From Lingula anatina (Eukaryota > Animalia > Brachiopoda): a DNA stretch of 64,000 bases. Below are positions 51,372 to 64,000 of the stretch, piece by piece (position 1 is the first letter of the stretch; the number at the start of each line of letters is the position of its first letter). The translations under genes were made by a program, and so were the position numbers. The notes beneath the pieces are model-generated. The model searched no databases and was not told the DNA's origin. It saw nothing but the letters and a program-made list of their open reading frames with translations. The stretch spans positions 5,774,954 to 5,838,953 of the forward strand of contig CM120644.1 of NCBI GenBank assembly GCA_051362555.1. Direction: 5' to 3'.

Positions 51372-53904
51372 AAATAAAAAACAGAAAAAAATGGTCTTGT
51401 GGAACCCCTTTTTTGGTGTCATCGGTACTCTGTGGCAAATATACCATCCACTTGATAGAAGTTCAAGAATTTACAATTTCTGTATAAAACATTTCAATTG
51501 ATTATTTCAGAATTTCATGAAAGTATTTCATTTATTCCTTAAGAGAATTTTGGAAATTAATAATAAAAAAAATCATCCCTTCCGCTTCTTCCAACAATAA
51601 AAGAAAAAATAAATTTAGTTTTCTTTAATTGTATTTTGAAATAATTTAATAAAACAATTGTAAGGTCCTGGAATTTCCAAAGATCAAATATGCACTACTT
51701 GTAAACATGGACAATACTATGTAATTTAAAGGTCTCTCTACTTTTTTTAATACATTTCTATTTAGAATATATTACTAATAATAGTGTTGCAATTATACAA
51801 TATTCTTAACATTATACAAATTATGATCATGATGATACCTCGCACAATGTTACAATTCTGTCTTAGAAAAGAAGTCATCCACATCCTTGCCGTCTCGCTA
51901 AATGTCGTTTGCTCTGCACCGTACATTGCTTGATACTCCATTTTTGGGACTACGGCTACTTTTCGAGTCTAAAAATAATACTAGAAGACTATAACATCTC
52001 AACCTGATTTACTTTACAGATCTATAAATAAACAAACCAATATATCTAAATAAAACCTTTACATATATATATCTTAAACCTATATACAAGAAAAAAACAA
52101 AGTTTCAAAAGTTGCCCCTTTATCTCCAAGGAATTCTTATCCAAACCTATCAAAAAATTAGTCTATAATCACACAAATGCCATACCTCATGATTACTTTC
52201 TTTGGAAACAATAAATTTTTGTTACAAACTCTACACAACAGACAAAGGAAAATCTACTTCACTTTACCCCTAACTGTTCGTCCCTCATAACCCCATGGAT
52301 ATTACTTCGTACTAGCAGTTTAAGGTTGCCAAATGTCCACAAACTGTATACTAAATTCTGTGTCTGAGGTCTGTTGTAGTCTGACACATCTTCTTTAGCA
52401 GGAAGCTGCTGATGCTGTGCTGCATTTTGAGGGACATCTAAAAAGAAGAGGATAAAACAGACGAAAAAAAAACATACAATTAAAGGGATAATAACTCTTC
52501 GTTTTGGCCAAAAAATGAATTTTCCTGGAGTAAACAACAATTTTCCCATACTTACCAATGGTTAATGAATCCATTTTTACATTCAAAGTTAGTCCCTGTT
52601 TTTTTTTCTAAAAAGTTTGGTTTTTGTTAAAATCTCTTAAGAGATTATAACTGAGTACAGCCATCAATGGAGGTCACGTGATCTGAAGACAAGCTTAGAT
52701 ATCAGAATAATAGCTATAACTGCCGTTTTTGTGGTAAAACAGAATATATTATATTTCTATGAGTTGTTCACGATGTTTTTATTGTGAAATATAGGTATCA
52801 TACGAAGAGTTATTATCCCTTTAACACTTAATAAAAACAGTGGATTTGTCAAAAATATTAGCTACTCACTGAAATGAAATTATACAAAATTCAGACCCAG
52901 AAGAAAACAAGGCAGCAAAGCTGTCAAATGTACAGACAAAAAACAGAAAATAAAGATATAAAAAAGGTCATTTTGTCAATTTTGATGCAATAATAAATAA
53001 TGCTCATAATAGCACTGTCAGTCAACACTGAATTTTAATCATGCACAACAGGTAACATGGTCAATAACAGGAGCGGACCCTGAGATATTTTCTGACAGTA
53101 TTCCAAAGTATCTGTGTTGATCCATCCTCCATTTTGATGGTCTTCCAACAGAAAAAAATAGATACCAGTCAATATAAACTTAATAACCTGACCGTCTTCC
53201 GGAAGACCCAGAAGATGGTCTCAATCCACCCCTTCAATAAGATTACAGTTTCAGGACCATGAGAGTTCAAATTCTCATGATGAAAGTCTCAATATTTGAA
53301 AAATGATGACAGTGCATAAAATAATATTACATAATGTATAAAGACATAAAAAACAATACAACTGCTTACGTGGAAATATAGAAAATGTGCAGAGCCTCAG
53401 GCAGATGAGAGTTAAAAGTCACAAATGCCAGTGTTTGAGAAAAAATTAAAAAGGAAAACATAACAAAACTAGAAAAGCACTCCAAGAGTGCAGACCTCTG
53501 CCAAGACAGCAATTGTTGATTATTATTGATTGATTATTGATCCGGACCACCACCAAAAACTAATCATTGTCCTCCTTGCCCACTTCTGACAGTTCCTGAA
53601 AATTTCATCAAAATCGGTCCGTAACTTTTTGAGTTATGTTGATGACAGACAAACAGCAGGGGCGGATTCAGGGCGTCTTCTGGGTCTTCCGGAAGACGGT
53701 CAGATTTTCAAGTTTACATTCACGGGTATCTAATTTTTTCTGTCGGAAGACGGTCAAAAATGAAGAACGGAGCAACAAAGATAATTTGGAAGACTGTCAG
53801 AAAATATCTCTGAATCCGCTCCTGAACAGGGGTGAAAACATAACCTCCTTGGCAGAGGTAAATATAATTCCAATGATGCTGCCATTCAAACTTTTAATCT
53901 TTTT

Positions 53905-53989
<85 letters not shown>

Positions 53990-56900
53990 TTATTTGCAAT
54001 ATTAAACAAAATGTACCTGCATAATTATCACTGCTTACTTATTATTAATCTAGCAGAGAGCTTAACCTTTGGGAGTTTACAGGGAAATATCAACAAGTGT
54101 GCTTTATGTAATCTCATTTAATGGCCTATTAATGACTTTATAACTCTGAACTTAGCTAAGTGATACCCAAGGGAAATTTACAGACTGACCCTCTCAAAGA
54201 TCTTTCAGGCCCATAAGTCACATCTTAAGAAAAGCACATAACAATAATGCACAAAATAGGAGACTACCAATTCTGATGCAATAATACATTATGTTTAACT
54301 GCACAGTCAACATCAAATTTTAATTATGCACAACAGGTAACACCAACGAAAGTAAAAGCATAAGGCTTCAGGCCCATCAGAGTTCAAGTTTATACTTTGA
54401 AAGTGCCAGAATGAGAAAAATGAAAATTTCACACAAAATTGCATGAATTCAATGATAAAAGATAACCCAATTGAGCTGGCTTTCTAATTTGAACTGCATG
54501 CCAATCCTAAAAATCATACTTGTAAGTTAAAAATAATAATAAGTAACACAGTTTTCTTTTCATAATGTTTGCAGTAGCAGTGCAAAAAGATTTTTGTCAA
54601 TTTTGATGTAACATTACATAATAAATTATATAATAATTATCACCAATTTTTGATTACTGACTATAAATAGCATGGACATTTAGAAAATTTGATTACTATT
54701 CGGCTTCATGTCCATGGGAGCTCCGAGTCCCACAATGAATATGCCAACATGATAATAATGAATTTTTCACTAAAATGTATAACTTCCAGAAAAAGAAGCC
54801 AATTAGACTGCTTTTCCAACTCAGGCTGCATTTTAGTCCTGTGTTTCTTTTTTGAAAGTTTGACAGTAATAAGTAACACGGTTTTCCCATAATGGTCATC
54901 ATGGCAGCAGCACCAGAAATTGTGTTTTCTTCTATTTTGATGCAACATTACATTATGCTTAACAGCATAATGACCATCAATTTTTAATAATAATATATAC
55001 GTATCATGGATTTTCAGAAAATGTGACTAGCATGGGTCTTCAAGCCCGTCGAGGTTCTAAGTCACACCTTGAAAATGCCAATATGTGAAAAATGAAATTT
55101 TCACAAAAAACTGTTTAACTTCCAGAAAAATTTACCAAACAGACTACATTTCCTACTGAAGCTGTATTTTAGTCCCATGTTTCTTTCCTGTAAGTTTGAG
55201 AACAGTAAGTGACATGATTTTCCTTAAATGCTCATCATGGGAGCAGTGCCCAAAATAGGGGTTTCTTCAAATTTTAATGTAACATTACATAATGTTTAAC
55301 AGCATAATGACCATCAATTTTTAATAATAGAATATTAGTAACATGGACATTCAGAAAATGTTACAAGGAAAGGTCTTCAGGATCATAGAACTTCAAAGTC
55401 ACACCTTGAAAATGCCAATATGTGAAAAATTAAATTTTCACAAAAAACTGTTTAACTGCCAGAAAAAATTACCAAACAGACTGCATTGCCTACTGAAGCT
55501 GTATTTTAGTCCCATGTTTCTTTCCTGTAAGTTTGAGAACAGTAAGTGACATGATTTTCCTTAAATGGTCATCATGGGAGCAGTGCCCAAAATAGGGGTT
55601 TCTTCAAATTTTGATGCAATATTACATAATGTTTAACAGCATAATGACCATCAATTTTTAATAATAAAATATTAGTATCATGGATATTCAGAAAATGTGA
55701 CTAGCAAAGGTCTTCAGGCCCATGGAACTTCAAAGTCACATCTTGAAAATGCCAAAATGTAAACAAGACAGCACTTTTCTGAAATGGGTTTATTTCCATT
55801 TTTAACACTTTTTTAACATAAAACAAAATTAACAGTTTACTGCCATTTTTATATGACCAACTAAGAAAATTGATGAGATGGGAAAAATATCAACAGAACA
55901 GTATTAAATGTCCAATTTCCTCCATTATGAGATTCTGAACATAGTGGATGATTGAATCTGACAAACTGCAATGATATGTGTTTATTTCCATTTTTGACAC
56001 TTCATTACACAATACACGATAACAAGTTTACCATCATTTTTACATAATCAACTAACAATGTTGTAAAGATGCAGGAAATGTCAAAAAAACACTTTTACAT
56101 ATCTTATTAGTTCAATAATGAGACTATTAACATGCCTAAGAATTGAATCAGAGAAAATGTGAAAAAAAAGCATAACTTCCCTAAAAATGACCCAATCATG
56201 CTGATTTTCGAACTTGACCTGCATATTATAAATATTCATCAGTTCTGTAAGTTTCAAACCAAAAGGTAAAACGGTTTTCCACTTATCGTGTTTACGGTGT
56301 TGCATATATGCTGAAAAAAGTGAAAAAAAAGCAAAACTTCCCTAAAAATGACCCGATCATGCTGATTTTCAAACTTGACCTGCGTATTATACAAATTCAT
56401 CAGTTCTGTAAGTTTCAAACCAAAAGGTAAAACGGTTTTCCACTTATCGTGTTTACGGTGTTGCATATATGCTGAAAAAAGTGAAAAAACAGCATAACTT
56501 CCCTAAAAATGGCCCGATCATGCTGATTTTCGAACTTGACCTGAATATTATGAATATTCATTAGTTCTGTAAGTTTCAAGTCAAAACGTAAAACTGTTTT
56601 CCACTTATCGTGTTTACGGTAAAAGTGCACGCCAACGGCAACGGCAACGGCAACGGCGACGACAGACGCAGGTGATGGCTATATGTACAGACACATCTGT
56701 GTCTGTACATAAAAAAAAGAAATATGAAAATATCACTCTGAAGTACCAGCTCAATTACAATTAAGTGATTATTTTTCATACATTTTGATATGAAACTTTA
56801 TGAAGCAATCTTGTGTTGCTTCATTTATTGTTCTTGAATTCCTTATCTGATCATACATTTTAAACAATCATGATGTGGATAACAATTTCTTTAATCAAAT

Positions 56901-59900
56901 CAATCAAAAACTTGTAACAGAAAAATGTACAACCATTTCGTCAGTTTTTAAAATTTATTTAAAAAGTTTGTCTTTAGCATTCACCTGAAGTCTTGATTGC
57001 TAAATGATTTTAGTATAATTTGAATAGAAATCATATCCGTACCATTCCTCTCACCAGTCCTCACACCACTGGTTTGACTCTGTGGCCCCTGTGGGAAACT
57101 AACTCTGGGTGTGGCTTGTCCTTTGTGGAGCATCTTCTCTTGCATTTGGAGGATGGAATCAAGAGGAGTGACCCCACTGCCTTGGGGTTTCTTGACTTTT
57201 GGTTTCTTTGCTCTTGGTTCGTTTGAAGCAGGCTGTCCTTCACTAGCTATCTGATCTTGGTTCTGGTGGTCTGAAATTTCAGAACCATACGGTCAAAAAT
57301 AAAATCATTGTTGAATAAACCATCCCACAGATAATTTGCTTTTCATGACAATTATATGATAAGTTAGGATTCTGATGATCTTTCACGGTATGGCAAACAA
57401 AGACCCATTAAACAATCACAGAAAGGATCCTATATGCAAATACCATAATCATAGCATGACTGCTCAAATAAAGTTTCAGTGAAAGGTTGTGAAATTACCA
57501 GTTAATACATTTGATTTTTTTCCATGCTCTTCTACTGTACTGTACCCTCCCCCCCTCCCCCCAAGTACTTTGGATGAAAGTTGCACCTTGCTGCCTGCTA
57601 CTAGAGTCTACATAATCTAAACCCCCAAGAGATGCATAGGCTAGGACCTTTTAAGAGGGGCATGTGTTCCAAAATTGGGCACACATGCACTTACGCATAT
57701 AATACAGAGAACTCTTTAATTTTATGTTTATGCTTTGTAAAGGTGCCAACTGTCCTGTTTGTACCTTTGTTACTGGGGGCCTCAGACACAGTGACATCTG
57801 CTGGGGAATCTTTGTGGTTTACAATCTCCAATTTGGCTCCTCTTGTCCGTTTGGCTGGTACAGTGGAGACATCTGTTAATGTTTGTGTCTCAGTTTCAGC
57901 AGGTAGTGGATTTTTTCTTGGTCGTCCTCTTTTTCTAACAGCTGGGGTAACCTGCTTAGAAAGATATCAAAACTGCAATATACATTGACATATTGGCATA
58001 AAATAATGTTTCTTAGTTCTATACAAAGATGAAGATGACTATTCAAACACGACAACATATCATTTTCACAAGCAAAACTAACAGGAATTATTTCTGACAT
58101 TTAATGAAGAAAATTACCATCCATGTAAAATTACCTGATCTGTTTCCTTGACCATGTTCACATCTTTCTGTGGGGTCTCTACTTGTCCAATCGCTGCTAC
58201 AGAATTTGTGTTGCTGCGGAGCAGCCGCTTTGGAAGTGCTGATTCAACTGCATCTCCATCTTTTCAGAGTAAAATGTAATGAAGATTAAAATAAATCATT
58301 TTAATGTTTGGATTATATACCTATGCATGCCAATTTGATGTACATGTATCATATCATATCATCATTTTCATATTATTATTATTGTAGACCTTTCATGTTA
58401 TAATCTATGATAGTACTTGTGCCAAATCATCCCACTCTTCATACATGCACCTCTTTTGACATCAAACAAACATTCAAAATGAAACAATGAAACAAAAAGA
58501 ATAAAACCAAACAACCAAACAAAAAAGCTTAATTAATACCTACAAACAAATAAAAAATACTAAAAGTAATCATAAAAACTGAACTCTTTTGAAATATCTG
58601 ACACCAGATGGTTTACATGTACCTCCATCTAGTTTCTGTCCATCTCTATCCTCACAAGCCTCACTGCCTGGCTCAGTGCTTTCCTCACTACACGAAGTCG
58701 GCTGGGAACCCTTCCTTGGTCTACCTCGGCCTCTCTTGGCTGGAGTTGGATGGAAATCACTGCTGCCATCTGTTGGTGGAAATGAGGTTTCAACAGCTGA
58801 CCTTGACCTAGTTTGCCTCACTGAGGTCACTTCTCCTGTCACCTGCTCATCATTTTTAACTTTTTGTTTGGCAGAATCTGATAGAGAAAGAGGGTCTTGG
58901 AGACAATTTTCAGCTGCATTATCAATTGTATCAGAAATGTTTTCATTTTGATGCAAACATGGATGAAATTTTCTCATATTCTGTAAAGGAGGTCTGAAAG
59001 GTTTTTCAAAGCTTGACTGGTCCTCTATATCAATAACAAGTTTACTTTCATCATCAGATGTATCACTTTGTGACAATAATCTAGGTTTTTGGTTTTTAGC
59101 ACTAGCCGAAATATTTGAGCCACTTATGGCTGCAGGTTGGGCAACTTTAGAAAGAGTCTCATCAGAGCTTGGTTCTGCTATCTGTTTATTTTCTTCAGCC
59201 TGATTTTGCGGTTTTGGTTCACCAAACCTCAAAGTCGATTCATCAAATTCACTCGATTCTATGTTTGTGACAGTTTCGGATTTTAAACTTGAAGTGACTG
59301 AACTTATTGCCTGCTTCATTTCCAGCAATTTCTGTTCAATATTTTCTTTGCTCTTTGTCCTTTTACTTTCTGTGCCAAAGGGCGAAGAAAAAGCAGACTT
59401 AAAACTGCTTCCAACACCAAAGGTTTCAACTTCCTCAATGCCAGTGGTTGATCCAAAAACATCCTCTTCTTCATTGTTAGGCAATGTTGGATTGGTAGTT
59501 TTTGAAATGTGTCCCTTCAAGTGGTTGGGCTGTTCTGCACCTTCTACAAATTGCTGCTCTTTGATCAATTTCTGTAGCTTTTGTGTTGGAAGATGAGTGA
59601 GAAAGGTTTTCAAAGCAGGTTTATAAAACCATACATTCTTTTCTCGAGCCGTCAGATACCTTGGAGCCAAAGGCTTATCTATGTAAACTGTTTTTGTGTT
59701 TTTTATTTCTCCAGTAACTGGATCTGGAATAGGAAATCTTTTTTTAACTTAGTAAACATCTACATACTATGTATCATCCAAATTTAAACTAAATAGTAAA
59801 AATGTTTTTTTTTATTCTTATTAAATAAATAAATATTATAAAAATAATAAAATAAACATTCAACTTTTAACCTAGGTGCATTCTTGGTTATATTTTCCAA

Positions 59901-62900
59901 CAGAATTATATTGTACCCTGGTATTCAACTTGTTCCTCAGTGTGTTCCTTATTGAAAAAAAAAAAAAAAGAAACTTCCAAATGAAAACAATAATTACAAC
60001 AATACCACCTCAGTAAAAGTCAATATTTTTACATTTTACTACAATATACTACCTTGAACAGAGTGTTGTCGTATTGTGACAGGCAGCTCCCACTGTTGCT
60101 GGTACCCAGGGGCTTGATTGTCCACTAGACATTTTAACACACTGGATGAGAGGACGACGTCTGCTCCATACTTCTGAGCTAACCTCTCTGCATTTTTGTC
60201 CTGACTGCAAACCTGTTTGTTTAAATTTCAAAGATAAAACAATAAAAATGAAGGCAAAATTGTTGGCCTCTGTTTGCCAAAATTATGTTTTCAAAGACTG
60301 TAATACCGGTACCTGAAAAAAATCACTAAATTTTTTTAAACAGCAAATCCATTTTATATGATCTAAAAGAATTTATATAAATCAATTTAAAAAGTACAGA
60401 ACTCTTCATTTTTGTTGGAGAAACCAAACCTCATATTTACCTCTTTATTCCAGACTTTATTTTCTGCGACAACCCGTTGTCTGGTGGGAAACCTCTGGCT
60501 GACTTTGTCGTAATCTGTGGGTACGATGACCACTGATGAACTATGCAGATGCATGTTGGGAAGGATGACCTTCATGACTGGACCCTACAATAGCCAGTGG
60601 TCAATAAGAAAAAATGATAAAAAAGACTGATATATAAATTAACAAATATAAAATGGACCAGTTAATAATCTGTGCCATAAACATTCCAGCCATTCCAGTT
60701 TCCAAAAATCTACTGGTCCGAATAAAAAATTCAAAACAGACTGGACATTTTTAGTAATGGGTTATACCCATCAGTATCATTTATTACATGTAATTTGATA
60801 AATATCATCAAAAGCCAGAACTCCTGTTACCACATCCAGTACAGTTCCCAACAGCTTCATAATAGGTTTTACACCATCTGCAGGTGGTTTCAGCTGCACC
60901 TCTCCCACACCTATATACCATTTAGGATAAGACTGGAGTCTTCCTCTTGCCACAGACAAAACTTCCTGAAAATACAATTTAAAGAAAAATATTAAGGAAA
61001 TCATCTCCCTGTATTTACATGAGAGCTAAATTAGTTTTGCTGAAGAGGATCCTTAAAAAATGAATTTTCCATTCTTTCTCTTTCAAGTCTAACTTTAGTG
61101 GATATGCATTTGACACTCAAAATACTGCAAATAAACTGTTATCAAAATCTTTTATTTGATCCCTTTAGAAAAAATAATCTTAACCTACATGTGTATTACA
61201 ATAACGATTATAAACTACAATACACCCTTCTAAAATGCATTCAAATTTGTTCATTTTATATATAATGACAAATAATGCAGAAAGTAAATGGTTGTTTAAA
61301 CAAAGCACATAAAAACTTTATGAAAATATGCATTTGGTAATCAAATATAATACTCACTTTATTTTGATTAATAAAATATCCAAATATACTTTATAACTTT
61401 ACCCAGAGGTTTTACCAGAATTTGGAGTACAGGGAGCCCAAAATGTGAATCTGTACTTTGGCCATCACTTTACAGAGAGTGAAAATGAAGCAGGCCTAAC
61501 CAACCACCTGTAAATTTTATGAACAGCCCAGCCATCTTTGGAAAAAAGGCCATCTTTTGTGGCTAATGGCCATCCAAATGATGGCTGGACAGCTCTCTGA
61601 AGAAAGTCTTGACTGTACCTCAACATACTGGCGTGCCTCCGGGTGAATCCATGCATAGTCTTTTGGAAATTTCTTAGAAAGCTGTTCCAGGAATGCTAGG
61701 AATTCTTCTTGCTCTGCGCCAACTTTTACTTGCAGTTCCTAAAAAAGTAAGGGAAGATTAGACACAACAAGGTCTGGCAAAAATTCCAATCATGATATCA
61801 GAAAATGTAAAGAAAACTCACACTGACAGGGTCTGGACCAAAATGTCGGTCTTCTTCTGATCTGATACATAAACTTGAAAAAAAGAAAGAAAACGATGAA
61901 CATATTTAACTGAAAACTGAGGAAAATATATGATGATCATCAACTGATTCAAGTCAGTTGCTTTATTGAAAAAATAATAATTTAGATTACTTATCTTTGG
62001 TCCAAGTAGACATAAAATTTGGTATACTATAGTTACAATTTAAACTGAATTTCAGTCTTAAATCCTTTTGTAAAACATGACATTAGGAACAGTATCTAAT
62101 ATGGAAAACTTGACAACTTTGCAATTTTATTTCCGAACAAAATAAGACACTTCAGACTCATACTAATTAATTATTAATCTATAAATTAAATCTTAAATAG
62201 CTAAGACAACCAAAGATCATGAAATAATGTCCATGAACTGGTTGGCCATTTTACCTTGAACATATTTATATCTTTGAGTTCTTGTTTAGAAGGCTGAGCT
62301 GGCAAATGATTCAAAAACTTAGTGTACAGTTCTAAATACTTCTTCTGTTGAGCTCTGCTGAGAGAAGACATTGTCGGATAGGGCACTCTCTTACGAAGAA
62401 ACATAACTCCCTTCTTCAATCTGGCCACATCTTTTTTGTTCTTATTCTTCTCTGGTGATGTGGACTTTTCGTCATGAAGATCAATGTGGAAGCTAGCATG
62501 GTGCTGCCTGGCTTCAGGCTTTGGTAAATGTTCAACTTGGGCTGGCTGAGTTTCACCCTTTGATACCTGTCAGGATACGATTGAGAGCAATATGTTTATT
62601 ATCCAATTATATTACCTGATAGGCACCCAGTCAAAAAATTATAATAAAATAAATATATTAATGAATATCAATCTCAATACTTTCCATCATCAGAAAACTG
62701 AAAAATATACCAACATGCCTTTATTTTATTATTAAAAATGCAAGATAATATTCAATTTTACCATGGGTTGTGTGGGCCCCTGCTCAACCTTTTCCAACTT
62801 GGAATGGCAGCGTGATCTGGTGCTCTCTGCCTCTATTTCTGCCTGCTTTTGCCTCAGCTGGTCTGGAAAACTCGCCGGCCACATTTCACAGAAGATTGCT

Positions 62901-63201
62901 TCAGAAAAAAAGCAGCCCTGGCCATTTCGTAAGGGTGGGTCCCTGTTTGATATCATAAACATAAAATAAATTATCCTGGTTTTAATGCGTCTGAAAAAAT
63001 TTTTTTAAATAAAATTAATTATATCTTATTTATTTTCATCACTTTCAGCTAGCACACTGTAAAGTATGTATAGCGTGATATAATTATCACAGAACAGAGG
63101 TCACGTCCAAACCGTGATAGCCAATTATGTCTTTGTCATGGAACTACCGAGTTCAGTTTAGTTGAAAACAGGTGTACTTGCCATTCTATCTGTGCCTCCA
63201 T
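49372..63201 (-). CDS. ICE2: Little elongation complex subunit 2 (ICE2/NARG2), about 1158 aa, 18 coding exons
   Basis: Exons 63201-63182, 62942-62762, 62566-62255, 61738-61619, 60965-60831, 60584-60441, 60212-60053, 59723-58605, 58259-58135, 57951-57765, 57270-57043 (donor uncertain), 52437-52268, 51968-51839, 51290-51206, 50939-50889, 50489-50406, 50103-49949, 49442-49372 give one phase-consistent frame. Recalled ICE2 motifs: W.....NG...FFS, RVPYP..S, D.NAE.L, QWELPV, VYIDKPL, PKMEYQA.YG.E, L.EG.YLLSH, WIPVD....PY.H....RIP.TF. An in-frame upstream ATG lies at 63246. Confidence 0.9.
50555..50729. mobile_element. MITE family B (inverted relative to 14086-14248), in an ICE2 intron
   Basis: GGC..ttcagaa / ttctgaa..GCC arms; core gtcaaatatggccgacccacttgaa..ttagcggat matches the reverse complement of 14150-14220. 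Confidence 0.7.
53068..53234. mobile_element. Small TIR element, family C (inverted copy at 53657-53824)
   Basis: CAGGAGCGGA..TCCACCCCTT; caataa on both flanks; internal gaccgtcttccggaagacc shared with the second copy. Confidence 0.6.
53467..53861 (-). mobile_element. Non-autonomous Helentron-type (HINE/DINE-like) element with a nested family-C TIR element (53657-53824)
   Basis: Minus strand: TT-ACCTCTGCCAAG-GAGGT subterminal repeat and hairpin, GTYT-type microsatellite, second subTIR CTTGGCAGAGGT, terminal hairpin GCACTC-ttg-GAGTGC. The nested CAGGGGCGGATTCAG..CTGAATCCGCTCCTG is flanked by aacag. Confidence 0.6.
54100..55760 (+). repeat. Tandem repeat of about 335 bp, about 5 copies of graded divergence, in the large ICE2 intron
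   Basis: Anchor aacattacat recurs at about 54281, 54610, 54945, 55281 and 55618; a related copy lies at about 52960-53460. Confidence 0.8.
55761..56712. mobile_element. Helentron-type non-autonomous element carrying three 161-bp tandem repeats, (GGCAAC)n and a terminal palindrome
   Basis: 161-bp units at about 56140-56625; microsatellite at 56633-56657; GTACAGACAC-atct-GTGTCTGTAC at 56685-56708 followed by an A-run. Left boundary approximate. Confidence 0.55.
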
Positions 63202-63454
63202 GCTTGTAGCTTGGACAGTCCCCCGACTTGCAATATCGATGAACATCAACTATCCATTGTCATAGATATTGATATCCCGATTAAGCGAGATTACGCGTTA
63301 ACTGCATATTTTAGAAATGTTCAAATAATTTCTGTAAAAATAAATCATATATTTTCATGAAAATATCAAAAAGGATATTTAGGATGTTGCAAAGACGATA
63401 TCATTTTTATTAAAAATGATAAGTATAAAAAAATTCCAGCATGCAACGTTTTAC

Positions 63455-63480
63455 AGACGCGCCATTTTGCGGTCGCCTGC
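63455..63480. promoter_or_regulatory. YY1-like motif in a putative bidirectional promoter
   Basis: CGCCATTTT (AAAATGGCG on the minus strand) in a CpG-containing patch between two divergent first exons. Confidence 0.4.
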
Positions 63481-63547
63481 ACTGAAGTTCGATAGTTTTA
63501 ATCGTTTTTTCCGAAAGTAACAGTCTTTATCATTCCGCTGCATAATC

Positions 63548-63562
63548 ATGAGTGACCAAGAG
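63548..63562 (+). CDS. Candidate first coding micro-exon (MSDQE) of a divergently transcribed gene
   Basis: atcATGAGTGACCAAGAG|GTAAGC, good Kozak context and donor, about 350 bp from the ICE2 start; the rest of the gene is not identifiable in the window. Confidence 0.4.
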
Positions 63563-64000
63563 GTAAGCCATTAATGTCACTTGAAAAAGTTACTTTGACG
63601 AATTGATGCTTGATCTTCTCTTTGTCCTTTGCTTTGTTCTGATTTTTTCTTCGCCATGTTTCTTACAAAGTGAAAGGGGGGGGGGGGGGGAGACAAAAAC
63701 CTTGTAAATCACGAACGATAACCGAGACAACCATGTCAGCAGTGTTTTTATAGATAATTGAGAAATACCAGCAAATGATTTAGCTTTCACATTAGCATTT
63801 GAAAGTAATACTGAAACCGTGAGTCCGAGATTCGAAATAACTTCCCTTTTCTTGATCGTCTGAGGCTGAATGCACACTGTTGGAGTTTATTTTCCTCAGT
63901 AAGATTGTTCTTTTACTGGAAGTTACATTTCACTTTGTTCAGCCAATTATGTTATTCAGCTATGTCGGTGAACTTGGGAAGTTCAATGAACATTTGAAGT

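Noticed and set aside
56081-56630. Three similar ORFs of about 70 aa (RKHDKWKTVL...)
   Set aside because: Translations of the 161-bp tandem repeat inside an ICE2 intron.

Overview
AT-rich animal genomic DNA with spliceosomal introns, probably a mollusc or related invertebrate (inferred from gene and repeat content). About 1-16 kb holds a tandem array of three 3-exon genes, seen only in fragments in the ORF track. They encode secreted signal/propeptide/8-Cys CS-alpha-beta (defensin- or toxin-like) peptides with acidic, hypervariable mature regions. Next come a frameshifted cGAS-like receptor (Mab-21/cGLR with a TPR-like tail) and a decayed paralog (18-22 kb). A 2-coding-exon gene for a disordered protein, with an intronic tRNA-Gln, lies at 24-34 kb. 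Two near-identical standalone alpha-kinase genes sit in a 5391-bp tandem duplication, with multiplied kB-like/TATA promoter modules (36-48 kb). An 18-exon ICE2/NARG2 gene occupies the minus strand (49-63 kb), head-to-head with the first exon of another gene. Many non-autonomous DNA transposons can be delimited against empty paralogous sites. The region reads as a candidate innate-immune island of sensor, kinase and effector peptides. All calls were made by eye; no database searches were run.
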